A DNA stretch of 64,000 bases from Octopus bimaculoides (GCF_001194135.2 NC_068985.1:81325919-81389918); one strand, 5' to 3'; numbered from the stretch's first letter, positions 1 to 12,657 are shown. Notes: generated by a model from the letters alone, not told the origin. Made by a program: numbers and translations.

Positions 1-50
<50 letters not shown>
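1..50. repeat. (GA)n microsatellite
   Basis: Near-perfect GA dinucleotide run at the window start. Confidence 0.95.
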
Positions 51-94
51 ATCTTTCAATCATTAACCAACATACACTATATATATATATATAG

Positions 95-292
95 TCAATC
101 GAGACATGAACAAGCAAGAAAAAAACAACAACGTGAGGACGTGGAATAAATACAGTGTTACTGGACGCTCAGGAAAGGAAAGAAAAGAAAGAGGATTTCA
201 CGTTTCGAGTGGAGCTCTTCATCAGAAATATAGAAAAAGTCCAAAAATGGGAAAACGGAGAAAGAAAATTGCCAACGATACACATGCGGTCA
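95..292 (-). mobile_element. Short interspersed repeat carrying a hammerhead-like motif (Penelope/retrozyme-like)
   Basis: CpG-containing non-microsatellite block sitting between (TA)n tracts; contains CTGATGA...GAAAC on the - strand. Family assignment is inference. Confidence 0.45.
195..229 (-). ncRNA. Minimal type I hammerhead ribozyme motif, probably decayed
   Basis: - strand reads ATTT CTGATGA A GAGC TCC ACTC GAAA C GT G AAAT: stem I ATTT/AAAT, core CUGAUGA and GAAA, stem II GAGC/ACTC with one mismatch, palindromic AC/GT stem III. Position 17 is G, which does not cleave. Confidence 0.55.
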
Positions 293-315
293 CATATACA
301 TACATACATACATAC

Positions 316-354
<39 letters not shown>

Positions 355-426
355 TACACATACATGTGTGTGAGTGTGTGCATGTGTGTATGTTTATGTC
401 TGTGTGTGTGTCCATACGTGCATAAG

Positions 427-560
427 ATTTAGTCAAAGCTGAGTTTGAGGGAGTCCCTACTCAAGTTTCACTTTTCCAGTTCATCAAGCAACTGATGAAG
501 CAGAAAGGAGCTGAAGCAGGAATCTTCAGTTGTGATTCACTCAAACTGGGCATTGTATAA
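427..560 (+). CDS. Candidate terminal coding exon of an upstream gene (gene 1), unidentified
   Basis: AG at 425-426, then (D)LVKAEFEGVPTQVSLFQFIKQLMKQKGAEAGIFSCDSLKLGIV-TAA; protein-like composition; AATAAA at 649-654. Weak pyrimidine tract. Confidence 0.5.
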
Positions 561-648
561 ATTATATTCCACCTTACTTCACCGTATTGAATGCTGTTTT
601 TGTTTTGCTTAATTGTACATGTGCACACGTGAATAATATTTATTCTAC

Positions 649-654
649 AATAAA
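649..654 (+). promoter_or_regulatory. Candidate poly(A) signal of gene 1
   Basis: AATAAA about 90 nt after the stop at 558-560. Confidence 0.4.
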
Positions 655-748
655 AAGCATTATTGTACATTGTGCATAGGGAATTATGGAGTAACCAAAA
701 CAGAAAAGAGTTGAACTAAATGCATTTTGTTGTTTAAACTTAACTGAT

Positions 749-754
749 TTTATT
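749..754 (-). promoter_or_regulatory. Candidate poly(A) signal of gene 2
   Basis: TTTATT on + (AATAAA on -) 45 nt after the stop at 799-801. Confidence 0.35.
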
Positions 755-798
755 TAATGTTTTTTTAGGTGTTGATTTTTAATCTCACTAGGTTTGAC

Positions 799-917
799 TT
801 AGCCTTTCATTTCTTCCAGTATCATTAAATAGTAAATACCAGTAATTACTGGAATAAATTCAATCAGCCACACTGCATCTTTTCCAAATTTTGAAGCAGA
901 TCGTCTTTGTGTCAGAG
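799..917 (-). CDS. Gene 2 candidate terminal exon (hydrophobic C-terminus)
   Basis: Acceptor gatttctag, phase 1, LTQRRSASKFGKDAVWLIEFIPVITGIYYLMILEEMKG-TAA. Confidence 0.5.
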
Positions 918-1755
918 CTAGAAATCAATATTATATATTGATGAGGTGCATTGTTGATATATGTAATGCAATACCGCAAATGATAAAATCCAAACAATAT
1001 TGGGTTTAGATTATCTATTGAAGCCTCCATTCCTTTCATTACTGTAGTTTAATCACCGTGATACATTTACACGTTCTCCACTATCACTTTCAATACCCAC
1101 ATGCATTTTAAAGTTGTAAATGAATAATGTAAACTTTTTAGAAGCATGTATATGCATATATATAAGATGATTGAAAATGGTGTACAGAGATAATTGTCTT
1201 TTGTTTTGGCCTCGAAAATNNNNNNNNNNNNNNNNNNNNNNNNNNNNNNNNNNNNNNNNNNNNNNNNNNNNNNNNNNNNNNNNNNNNNNNNNNNNNNNNN
1301 NNNNNNNNNNNNNNNNNNNNNNNNNNNNNNNNNNNNNNNNNNNNNNNNNNNNNNNNNNNNNNNNNNNNNNNNNNNNNNNNNNNNNNNNNNNNNNNNNNNN
1401 NNNNNNNNNNNNNNNNNNNNNNNNNNNNNNNNNNNNNNNNNNNNNNNNNNNNNNNNNNNNNNNNNNNNNNNNNNNNNNNNNNNNNNNNNNNNNNNNNNNN
1501 NNNNNNNNNNNNNNNNNNNNNNNNNNNNNNNNNNNNNNNNNNNNNNNNNNNNNNNNNNNNNNNNNNNNNNNNNNNNNNNNNNNNNNNNNNNNNNNNNNNN
1601 NNNNNNNNNNNNNNNNNNNNNNNNNNNNNNNNNNNNNNNNNNNNNNNNNNNNNNNNNNNNNNNNNNNNNNNNNNNNNNNNNNNNNNNNNNNNNNNNNNNN
1701 NNNNNNNNNNNNNNNNNNNNNNNNNNNNNNNNNNNNNNNNNNNNNNNNNNNNNNN

Positions 1756-1803
<48 letters not shown>

Positions 1804-2376
1804 CATGTATGTATATAAATATACAGAAACACATAAATACATACATTCATACATATAACTACACATGCATTAAAAATTAACATGCATAAATGCATACATG
1901 CATCATATTATATGCAAAAGACTCTATCAATACACATGCTGATCTGTATGCAAATGGGACAGATATATATACACACTTATACAAATATATGTGTAAAAAT
2001 ATATACATCCATACAAATACATATCTAAGCAAACACACTCGCTTGAGCATATTTAACACATGCATATAAGTTAACATATTTTAATACACTCGCATCTAAA
2101 CATAGACACACACATATAAATGTATGGATATATATATGTATGCATGTGTGAGTGTACATGTGAATGTGTGTGTGTGTATGTGTGTATATATATATATGTG
2201 TCTGCATATATATATGTATATATACACACACACACACACATATACATATACACACATGCATGCACTCACACATATATATCTATAGGCACATGCATATGTG
2301 CATGTGTGTATGAGTGTGTATACACACATTTAAACAATGACAGGCATATTCACATAAACTATCACTATTCAAAGAA

Positions 2377-2421
<45 letters not shown>

Positions 2422-3357
2422 TAGATATGTATATTTATGTATAACACACCTACACACATATGTGTGTGTAGGTGAGTATATATGCACACACTCANNNNNN
2501 NNNNNNNNNNNNNNNNNNNNNNNNNNNNNNNNNNNNNNNNNNNNNNNNNNNNNNNNATTTGTATATTTATATATATGTATATGGAGGGAGGGGGAGAGAG
2601 AGAGAGAATGAGTGATAGAAAGTGAAAATGAAGCAATATAAAATAAAGATAGATAAATAAAGATAGTGTGTGTGTGTATGAGAGAGAAAGAGAGAGAGAG
2701 AGAGGGAGAGAGAGAGAGAGAGAGATAGAGAGAGAGGGAGAGAGCATGTGTATGTATGTGACAGATTTAATTCTTCTATGTAAAACACCTCAAGTATTAG
2801 TTAGAAATCATTTATTTCTTTATTTTCCCCATGACTCATCTCAAGTGGTCAATACTTTATTGTATGATGTGGTGCTTATGAGAAAATTATCACTGTCTTA
2901 CTATAAATAATTTGAATTCTCAAGGAACACTTGCATTTGTAATGTCTTTAGACTTCTTATTTGTCTCTTAGTAAGGAATTACTGAACTGAAATGGTTGTT
3001 TCTACTCTTGCCCATCTTCCTCACCCACCCTCTCATTTACTCTCCCACACTGTCTTTTCCCCCTCTCTATCTCTGTCTTACTCTCACTGTTTTTTTTCTC
3101 TCAGTTATTCTATCTCTCTTTACTTAATTTTTTTTTTTTTTAAATTAGATTCTGTCAGTGGGGATTTTTAAAGAATGATAAATTGAACCATTTTAGTGTC
3201 AGTGATGATTTTCCACTAGTTTGATTTCTACAGTACATAATGAAAACGATACTTTTTTTATTTCTTGTTGCTGTTATGGTTGTTGTTGTTGTTTTTATTA
3301 TTTTCTAACAATAGTGATCTTCTCAATAGAATGGGTTGGACAGATAGATAGTTATAC

Positions 3358-3418
3358 TTGCAGTCAACTGGTAGACAATAATAGATCTTTTCATTAAAAT
3401 AATATTGTTTGCCTGATT
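3358..3418 (-). CDS. Gene 2 candidate exon
   Basis: atgcag acceptor, NQANNIILMKRSIIVYQLTA, phase 0 to 1 bridges the neighbouring exons; donor gtataa is weak. Confidence 0.3.
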
Positions 3419-3651
3419 CTGCATATAATATTATGAATGATGTTAACTTGATATGAAATATAAATATTACAATTTTATATTTATTAATATACAAGTGAAA
3501 CATGCAATTATCATTAGTAATACTCTCATTTTTTTCCCCTTCTAAAGAAATAACTTTTCATTCATTTTTCAGTGTTGATGATTTCATTTCATTATATCAA
3601 GGATTTCTTCTTGTAAATCAGCCGAGTCTTTATGGTTACTATTTTGTCCTT

Positions 3652-3965
3652 GCATTCTTTTGCTGGTTTCAGTCATTGGACAGCAGTCATGGTGGAGCAT
3701 CACTTCTAAGGGCTGAGTCAGTCATATTGGCTCAGGTGCTTATTTCAGGCTGGTACTCATTTCATCAGTCTTTATGTGATGAATTGTTAAGATTGAGGAC
3801 ATAAAGAGACAACATAAATACACACACACACACACATGTGCAATGAACTTCAGCATAATTTCCATCTACCAAATCCTATGCACAATATATTGGTCAACTT
3901 ATTCAATGTGTCATGTACAGAGCTTAAAACCAGAGCCATGTGGTTATAAAATGAACTTCTCAACC
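3652..3965 (-). mobile_element. SINE family A, degenerate copy
   Basis: Diverged matches to TTTCAGTCATT, the internal (CA)n and TTTCCATCTACCAAATCC seen in better copies. Confidence 0.5.
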
Positions 3966-4549
3966 CATTGCAATAGTTGCAGCTTTATATGGCTTTCATA
4001 TAACTTCATTATTTAATAATCATGTCCCAAATATTATTTGGTACATTTTGATCGAGACATCAAAGCTGGGCAGACTAATTTCTTGGTCGGTGAGCACCAC
4101 AAACCTGAAGTAAGTACTGCTTTTATCCCTAAGGCCCTTTTGAGAAACATGAATGTCACCATTTTCTCTTTGTTTTTTTCTTCAACTCATAGACTTTATG
4201 CTTTATCTGAAAATGACAATGAGAAACCACTGAGAAAACACTCTAACATTATAGCATAGCCTTCATTGTACAAAGGTACCCTTGTTTAATTCAACCCTCT
4301 CATGATTAAGTAGCTCTGTGATCAAAGATATCCCAACTATAGCAATCCTATATTTTTTTATAGTTAAGTTTATATTGTCCAATATATTAGGTGACAGAAT
4401 GTGATTTGTGGAAGATTTTGTTGCTACTTTTATTAGGTTGAATTGTATTTTTGTGGTTCAAACCGTATTTAAGAGAATTCCTTTTATAAATCCCAGAGTA
4501 ATGATATACAACTATCAAGAACTATTGCTGGCCTTAGTTATCTGTTTCT

Positions 4550-4777
4550 TATTTCTTTATTGCCCACAAGGGGCTAAACACGTAGGGGACAAACAAGGAC
4601 AGACAAAGGGATTAAGTCGATTACATCGACCCCAGTGCGTAACTAGTACTTAATTTATCGACCCTGAAAGGACGAAAGGCAAAGTCGACCTCAGCAGAAT
4701 TTGAACTCAGAACGTAGCAGCAGAAGAAATACTGCTAAGCATTTCGCCCGGCGTGCTAACATTTCTGCCAGCTCGCC
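4550..4777 (-). mobile_element. SINE family B (tRNA-derived head, Meta-like central domain), young full-length copy
   Basis: Head GGCGAGCTGGCAGAA..GTTAGCACGCCGGGCGAAATGCTTAGC, B-box GAGTTCAAATTC, central GTCGACTTTGCCTTTCGTCCTTTCAGGGTCGATAAATTAAGTAC; CpGs retained; 15-bp TSD TAGTTATCTGTTTCT at 4535-4549 and 4778-4792. Confidence 0.9.
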
Positions 4778-5067
4778 TAGTTATCTGTTTCTACAAACAT
4801 AGAAACAGATATTTTGGTGTATAATAAACTAAAGTTGCCTGTACCACACTTCCACCAGCTTGCAACCATGTGTAGAACTTATATTATTCTCAGACTATTG
4901 AGAATCATCACCAAGTGTCCTATCCAAACTTTCAGTCTGTCATCAGTCTTTTTTACTTCATACAGCTTCATGCTGCTAAAAGACTTTGCTATAACCTTGG
5001 TTTGCATGCCTGGACATGAGTCCTTAATGGGTGTAGTGGTAAGGAGTCAACTGAGGAAAGGACTCAC

Positions 5068-5125
5068 AAAAAGCAGGGCCATTACTCCCTGAAGAGCTAA
5101 AACACTACCTGCTACTCCAAAAAGA
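5068..5125 (-). CDS. Gene 2 candidate exon (TM-like)
   Basis: Acceptor atctttcag, donor GTGAGT, phase 2 to 0, LFGVAGSVLALQGVMALLF. Confidence 0.55.
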
Positions 5126-5820
5126 CTGAAAGATTGAATACAATATCAGCTATTTGTATGAAATGTCAATTTATGAGAAATATAAAACTGATAGTCCACT
5201 GGACAGTGCAGATCATTCATATTGGATTACTGTGTTAGTTTAAAATCATATCGATGTTTGGCATAATACAGAGCATGTTCTGTATGAACATATTAATTCA
5301 GTGAAAGGTTATTCCAGATAACCACATCCAAATATGTATTTGGGTAATACTGTTCTACACTCTTGTGCACACTCCAACATTGTCATAACATTATTGGTTA
5401 TGAGATATTCAAACCCCTGAAGACATAACGATTAATAAAGTGTGATTTTAGGGGTATTTCATTGCTGTTTCTTACGTATCAAACAAACTTATTGGTCTAT
5501 AAAAAACAAATTGATTAGCTTGCTTGACAGGAAACAAAAGTTAATTATTATGTTCTATTATGTTCTATGCAAACTTTTCTGTGGTTGTTGCCAGCTAATG
5601 CAGAGTAAAGAGTGACACAGCTTCTGAGAGATTATTGGAAGTGATCAATTAAAAAGTGTCTATTTGAGGTGGACACAAGTTTTGTTTCTTTGTAGATGAG
5701 AACCAAACTTAGCAAAGGTGTCCAGTCAATACCTCATAGTAAATTTAACATTAGCACATTATATTGCTGTAAATACACATTGTAGTTTCATTGCAAGGGA
5801 ATTATTTTGCAAGCCAATAA

Positions 5821-5862
<42 letters not shown>

Positions 5863-6110
5863 CATCATCATCATCATCATCATCATCCTTCAATGTCTGT
5901 TTTCCATGCTGGACAATTTAGCTAGAGCTGGCGAGCCAGAGAGCTGAACCTGGTTCCAGTCTGATTTCACTTGGTTTCTATGGCTGGATGCACTTCCTAA
6001 TGCCAATCACATTATAGTGTATGTATGTTGGGTGCTTTTAACATAGCACTAGCATGAGTGCCTTTACATGGCATCAGCACAAGTGCTTTGTACATGGTAT
6101 CAACAGAGGA
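5821..6110 (-). mobile_element. Short element family C (RTE-type 3' tail with (GAT)n end)
   Basis: (CAT)n followed by TTCCATGCTGG...ATGGCTGGATGC.CTTCCTAATGCCAA, matching the 3' end of the RTE at 43488-43700. Confidence 0.75.
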
Positions 6111-6929
6111 CCTTTGCAAGCCAGTCCTCTTCCCCAACATATTGTTGGTAAATACATTGTCATGCAGAATATATCATTGATAGAATTTAGCCTCATGCTT
6201 TTTAACCATAGAATAAATACCTTAGTAAACATTTAAAGCTTTTATTCACAGAACAAATATGTTGCAATTCATTGAAAGAAATTCAATGATAAAAATTTCA
6301 TCCTATGAATCTGGAAAATTTTTGAAAACTTGAAAAGAAACATTCAAGAAATGAAATAATAATCAAACAGTATATCGATGGTGCAGAAATTCCTCGTCAT
6401 AAAAAGAAATATAAAGTTAGTGCAGCAAGAATTTAATGCATTGTCAATGAATATCAAAAGTGCAAAAACTAGATTATTTAAGATCATAATTTTTTTTTAT
6501 GTCTTCCTTCTTCCAGTTTAGAAGTGTGTTGTCTTTTTACTGCATTTTTGTGTGTGTGTATGTGTGTATGAGAGAAATTGTGTGTGTGTGTGTGTGTGTG
6601 AATATGTGAGAGAATGTGATTCAGAGAGGGAGAGAGAGAGAAAGAAAGAGAAAGAGAAAGAGAGTGAGTGTGCATGCTTACAAATCTATTTTTAAAAGTA
6701 ACTGATTTGCTTTTTTCATGTATATCTTGAGTAAATTTTATGTTAATAATCATTTGTCTTTGCATTTCTTTATCATTGTTAATAAAATGCAATGTATCTT
6801 CTCTGTGAATTAAAACTTTAAAAAATGCTTAGCAATGTATTTACTCTGTGGATAAAAAGCATGATGATGCATTTACTCCTGGCATGAAGATGGATTTACC
6901 AATGATATATTGGAACATGATGTAGTTAC

Positions 6930-6948
6930 CTTGCATTGATATTAACCA
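6930..6948 (-). CDS. Gene 2 candidate 19-nt exon
   Basis: cttgcttcag / AG-gtaact; phase 1 to 2 joins exons 15408-15449 and 5068-5125 (MVNINAS). Confidence 0.3.
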
Positions 6949-7103
6949 CTGAAGCAAGTATTTACCATGATATAATCATACACATGCAGAATTTACACTA
7001 ATTGTTTTAAGTATCTTGGTAGCTGATATGACTACCAATAAGCTAGTGACTAATTACAAAGGAATCCTATCAACAATGCAAATAAAATTCATTTTATTTT
7101 ATC

Positions 7104-7517
7104 CTTTATCTTTTACTTGTTTCATTCATTTGACTGCGGTCATGTTGGGGCTTGGCCTTGAAGGGTTTTATTTGAATAAATCAACCACAGGACTTATTTT
7201 TCTTATAAATTTGGCACTTATTCTATTGATGTCTTTTTGCTGAACTGCTAAGTTATGGGAATGTAAGCACACTAACGCCAGTTGTCAAGTGGTGGAGGGG
7301 AGCAAACAAAGACATAAAGATGCACATACATAGATATATATATACATATATGTATGACAGGCTTCTTTCAGTTTCCACCTACCAAATCCACTCACAAAGC
7401 TTTGGTCAGCCCGAGGCTATAATAGAAGAGACTTGCCTAAGGTGCCATGAAATGGGACTGAACCCAGATCCCTGTGGCTGGGAAGCAAGCTTCTTACCAC
7501 ATAATCACACCTGTGCC
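7104..7517 (-). mobile_element. SINE family A, full length
   Basis: Head GGCACAGGTGTG...GGTAAGAAGCTTGCTTCCCAGCCAC, B-box GGTTCAGTCCC, internal (TA)n, 3' end GAAACAAGTAAAAGA. Confidence 0.85.
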
Positions 7518-8179
7518 TATGTTATTTATATTTTCTTATTATTCTAGTGTTCTAACAGAATACAAAATTAAAACTTATGAAATTTTAGCTACAGGATTGA
7601 AGATTAAATGAATTTAGAAGATGTCAAATATAAATAATTTGAGCTGATAGTGTCATAATAAATGCAGAAGATTAAAAAGTGTCTTACCTAAAAGAATTGA
7701 AAAGTTGCAGGTGTGCATAATAAACTGTTTGGCAATATTAATAAAGGAAATTCTGTAGTGTATGAGAACATGGAGTTGCTATTTGTATGTGTGAAGGAGA
7801 AGAAGTAGTATGAACTACGATATCATTGAGACAGTGCAATAAACGAATGAATAGGAAGCAGACAGATTGATAGTGAAAAGCACTTCATCTAAAGCACAAA
7901 GGAATTGAATAGCATACAATGATAATACATTGTATATTGTCCTGCTCTAAATATTATGAGCAGTGGTTTCTGTAAGTGACGGGACCAGTATGGATGGAAG
8001 GGATAATATTATTGTATTGATTGAAGTTTATTAGGCTAGGAAATGTTCAGCAGGGCACCCTATTTCTTCTTTTTCTGATTTTCTTTGTCAATGACAAAAG
8101 GTTACTCTTTGTTTAGATGAAGAGAAGTTTGCTATATTATGTTTCAGAACATCGGTTAGAATTTCACAGATAAATGGAT

Positions 8180-8210
<31 letters not shown>

Positions 8211-9039
8211 TAAACACAAACTATTGTCTGTATAATCCAACTTCACATAAATCAAAGCGAAAACTAGCTGTAACACAAGTTTTAATTACTTTTTTAACGT
8301 GTATAGTAATCAAGTGTTTTCATGATATTCTATGAAAGTGTAGTAAATACTACAGCAAATGAAAGAAAATAAAAACAGTCAAGAAAAATATGGAGCAGGT
8401 CTTTTAGGTTTGGCGTTAGCGAATAGGTAACAAAAAGGGAAATAATTAAAGATAGAATTCAAGTTTGATAATGGCTAACCTATTAAAAAAAAAGATAAGC
8501 TGTGTTAGACTTCATCAATAGTGTTTTGTTTTTTCCTAATTTACTTGACTAACAATAGTTTCCACATCTCATTTATGGTTGAGTGCTTAGTTGTATAAAA
8601 GGCATTCAAGTGTAAAAATAAAAAAAAGTAAAAATCAAACACAAAATTGCTCTCACAAATATTATCATACTCTATGCTTGTATAGAAATATGGATTATAA
8701 ACAAGTAAAAAATTCTCAGTTTCACCAGAAATCTTAAGAAATATCTGATTCTAGCTTTAAATCTTTATAGATATTAAACCCACTCCATGGAATCCCTTAA
8801 GTAAAAGTTGAAGTATGGGCAATATATTTAATATACAGATAAAAGTGAATTGGTAGAGTCACAAGCAATTAATTGGGAGGGTTGATAGAGCGTCCAATAG
8901 AATTCTTCATGACATTTTTTTCAAACCTCTGCTCTCTAAATTCAAATCATGCTGTGATCAACTTCATCTTTCATCTTTTCAGGGTTGATAAGAATTACCA
9001 ATTTAGGATGGTGGATTGGAAGAGCATTACTCTGTCAAA

Positions 9040-9470
9040 TATAATCCTAAAATTTGAGGGAGGGGTAAGTCAATTACATTGACCCTAGTGCTCAACTGGT
9101 ACTCATTTTATCATTGCCAAAAGGATGAAAGGCAAAGTCGACCTCGGTGGAATTTGAACTTAGTGCGTAAAGATGGATGAAATGTTGCTAAGCATTTTGC
9201 CCAGCATGCTAATGATTCTGCCAGCTTGTTGCCTTAACTCTGTCAAGTATAATGCACCATCTTGTAGCTTTGAGATTTCAATGATATGATTTTTAAATTT
9301 TAGAATGATAATGTAGGATAGGAGTAAGAGGCTAAATCTACAACTGGTGCTTATTTTATTGACCCTGATAAAATGAATGGTGAAGTTGACATCAACAGAA
9401 TTTGAACTCAGAGCATATAGACAGATGAAACGCCACTAAGCATTTAGCCTAGCATGCTAATGATTCTATG
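9040..9470 (-). mobile_element. Two SINE family B copies in tandem (about 9040-9235 and 9310-9470)
   Basis: Both show GCATGCTAATGATTCT, CTAAGCATTT and GAATTTGAACT on the + strand. Confidence 0.75.
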
Positions 9471-9769
9471 ATTCTCATTACCTTAATTGTAGCAAATATT
9501 AGCATCAACTTAATGTTGATGCTGGAAAATATATCCTGTCAATTATCTTTCTGCTGGGCCTTCCATAATTGTAGCAAAACCTTGCATGAGAGTAGGAAAC
9601 ACAACATTCTTTTTTTATGTCAGTTAAGGTTTCATTGCATCATCATCATGATAATCATGATCATCACCACCACCACCACCACCACCACCACCACCATTTT
9701 TCATTGCACTGTATGGATACAAAATAATGACTTTTGTTGTTTTTTTCTTCTTTGTTTAAATTGTCAAAC

Positions 9770-10110
9770 CTTAATGAAAGGACTTAGACTGAAAGTACCT
9801 TTCTAAGAATATGAGCTGTTCTAAGTAGAGAAGACTTTTGGAGCACTTACAGATCTATTTCAGTGTCCAAAATGCTCCAGGTGACATGATAATTCTTTTG
9901 GGAATTGAACCCAATGCCCTCATAAAATTGATATGACTGATATAACTTTTACTGCTGGACATCCTCACATTCTTTATACTTTTACTTTTAAATCAGCATA
10001 CTTGATTTCTACTTCCTTGTCTGCAATGTTTTGTCTGAAGGAATTGCAATGTCAATTATGGGGCCTTCCCGATTATTTTTATTATGTCATATATAATGAT
10101 ATCTGTTCTG
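9770..10110 (-). mobile_element. Degraded 3' fragment of an REL-endonuclease non-LTR retrotransposon (R4/Dong-like)
   Basis: - strand, across frameshifts: ..DIIIYD..IIDIAIPSD.NIADKEVE.KYADLK..RM.G...ALGSIPK.., the PD..D..KY.DL pattern of REL domains. Confidence 0.6.
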
Positions 10111-10719
10111 TGGTATTCAATTGTTCTGTCTGTCAGGATATGTAAGAACAAAGAGGTTTGGTATACTCAGAGTAGACAACTCAAGTTTTCTTCATTTTAT
10201 TTTTATTTTCTTCATTTTGATTTTAACGCTGTTTAGATCATTTTATTTATATTTTGTTAACTGTGCATTTATCTGCCAAATGCCACATCTGTAGTTTGAC
10301 AGCTGGATCAATATGTGACAAGCTATAACATAAGTAAGCATATATAACTTACTCTGTAGAAATTGGCTCTCTTTTGCAACTGTTGCAAACATTGATGGCT
10401 AGCAGAAATATGGTGGTGTATATCAGATTAAACGACTTGATTCTTTCACTGTAGCAGTATTACTGATCCCTCAAGAATTAATGACTCTTCGTATACTTAG
10501 AGAATTAAGCACAGCAAAAATATTAAACAGAACATCGAAAGAAGGAATTTTTACATATTTGGGAAAATATGTCATAAGAAATTTGCATCATTTGTTTCAC
10601 TTGAGCAGCTGTAGTGTGCAAAAGAAAACATGGTCATTTACATTGTCATTTTGATTTTTATAGGTGACCTAACAGCTTAGAAACTGAATTTTTTTCAAAT
10701 ATCATACAATCCAAATTTT

Positions 10720-10768
<49 letters not shown>

Positions 10769-10803
10769 CATATATATATATNNNNNNNNNNTATACATAT
10801 ACA

Positions 10804-10835
<32 letters not shown>

Positions 10836-10945
10836 AATATATGTATATATTCATGTGTATATACATATGTGTGTGTGCATGTGCATGTATGTGTATTTAT
10901 ATGTATATGTATATATATATGCATAGATATATGTACATATGTGTA

Positions 10946-11006
<61 letters not shown>

Positions 11007-11798
11007 GCATGTGTGTGTGAGTATATACAAGCAGCAGTGGTGGTGGTGGTTGTGGTGATAGTAGTAGTAGTAGTTGTGTGCCAGGTATTTTATTGTCTGT
11101 CTGTGCCACTGAGTTTGAAACCTGCATGCTCTGATATTAATTCCAGTGACTACAAATGCTCAGGAACAAAATTTGTGGCTTTATGCCAATGAGAGAAGCC
11201 ATTGTGTATTAAGATTCCAATACTATTTAACCTTTTATCATTCTAGAAAGCAAATATTAGTTTCAAAGATTCTATACATCATCAGTACTGGATACCTGGC
11301 TACTAGAGATGGCAGTCAATTGTCTCTACTCACAATATATAAACAGAGAAGCTGGAAGTGAGTGATTCTCTCCCTTACTCACAACATATCAGATACTAGT
11401 TGTGTGTCGTTAACCAGCTAGAAAACACATTTTCCTGGGGTTAAAATGTAGTAACACAGTTCTGTATAGAACAGCCATGTTATAGTGGCAAAAAAATGTT
11501 ACCATCTAGTATTGTTACTACTTATATATTGTTTAGAGATTTTAGAACTTGGTACCTTGCTTGTCATTCATTCATACATACATATATATATACATANNNN
11601 NNNNNNNNNNNNNNNNNNNNNNNNNNNNNNNNNNNNNNNNNNNNNNNNNNNNNNNNNNNNNNNNNNNNNNNNNNNNNNNNNNTATGTATGTAGGTATATA
11701 TATGTATGTATGTAGGTATATGTATTATATATATATTTTTTTTTATATGTAGGTATATGTATTTTATATATATATATATATATATATAAATATATATA

Positions 11799-12657
11799 CA
11801 GGGTGCGATGGGTAAATTGTCGCCATTTTATATTTTTAATTTTGCGTATGTGCATTGTTTGTTTTTAATTTTGTCGACTACACAGTATCGTAGGATCAGT
11901 TTGGACATTGTCTGTAAGAAAAAAGCATCATGATGCAATTCATTCTGCCAGAAATTTGGAAATGACATGCTGTATTGCTTGGCATTTGTGCTAGTTGCCC
12001 CAATACGAACATTTCAGAGTGCTTGGGTGTCAATCTGAGAAGTTGCCATGTCCCCAAAACATATACTGAAAGTGATAAAAATCAACATCCAGTCAACATC
12101 ATGGTATTTGGAGTGATCACTAGTGATCATCTTCCTACACGGCCTCAGACTCAACATGGAGGTCTACATCAAGTGCCTGGAGAAGGTAGTGCTGCCGTGG
12201 GTCAAGAGGGTGGCTGCTGGTACACCCTATGTTTGGCAACAGGGCTCTGCACCATGCCACACAAGCAGGAGAACCCAGTCATGGCTGTCAGACAATTTCT
12301 GGGACTACATCACCCCTAACATCTGGCCAGCTAACTCCCCAGATTGCATTATTGTTTGTGGTTGCAGTTGAGCGAGAGACCAAAGAAACTCCTTGTAACA
12401 TCAATGATAAACTGAAGGCAAGGATTATGGCAGCATTTCTTAGCTTAAACAAAGAAACCATCCAGAAGAGTTGCAGGAGATTCCAAAGTTGTCTGGAGGC
12501 CATGGTTGAAACCAATGGTGATTTTATTGAAAAAATTTACTCTTTAGTATTTCAAGATATTTGTATGTAATTTTGGTAAATACATCTGATAAAATGAAAT
12601 GCTTGAGTTATTTTTATTTTTGCATAATTTAGATGACAGTTTATTCACTGCACCCTA
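11799..12657 (+). mobile_element. Tc1/mariner superfamily DD37D (maT-type) element, internally deleted
   Basis: TIRs CAGGGTGCGATGGGTAAATTGTC and TAGGGTGCAGTGAATAAACTGTC, TA TSD on both sides; transposase remnant VWQQGSAPCHTSRRTQSWLSDNFWDYITPNIWPANSPDC; frameshifted, NPLD segment lost. Confidence 0.88.

Noticed and set aside
488-520. CTGATGA-AGC..GCT-GAAG on + as a hammerhead
   Set aside because: GAAA is GAAG, no stem I or cleavage site, and it lies in a candidate coding exon.
1053-2910. Long ORFs with YIYI/CVCV/THTH runs and X stretches (also about 10.7-11.8, 17.0-17.4, 27.2-29.9, 34.9-35.4, 44.7-45.2, 52.1-52.7 and 61.3-61.8 kb)
   Set aside because: They are translations of dinucleotide microsatellites and N-gaps, not genes.
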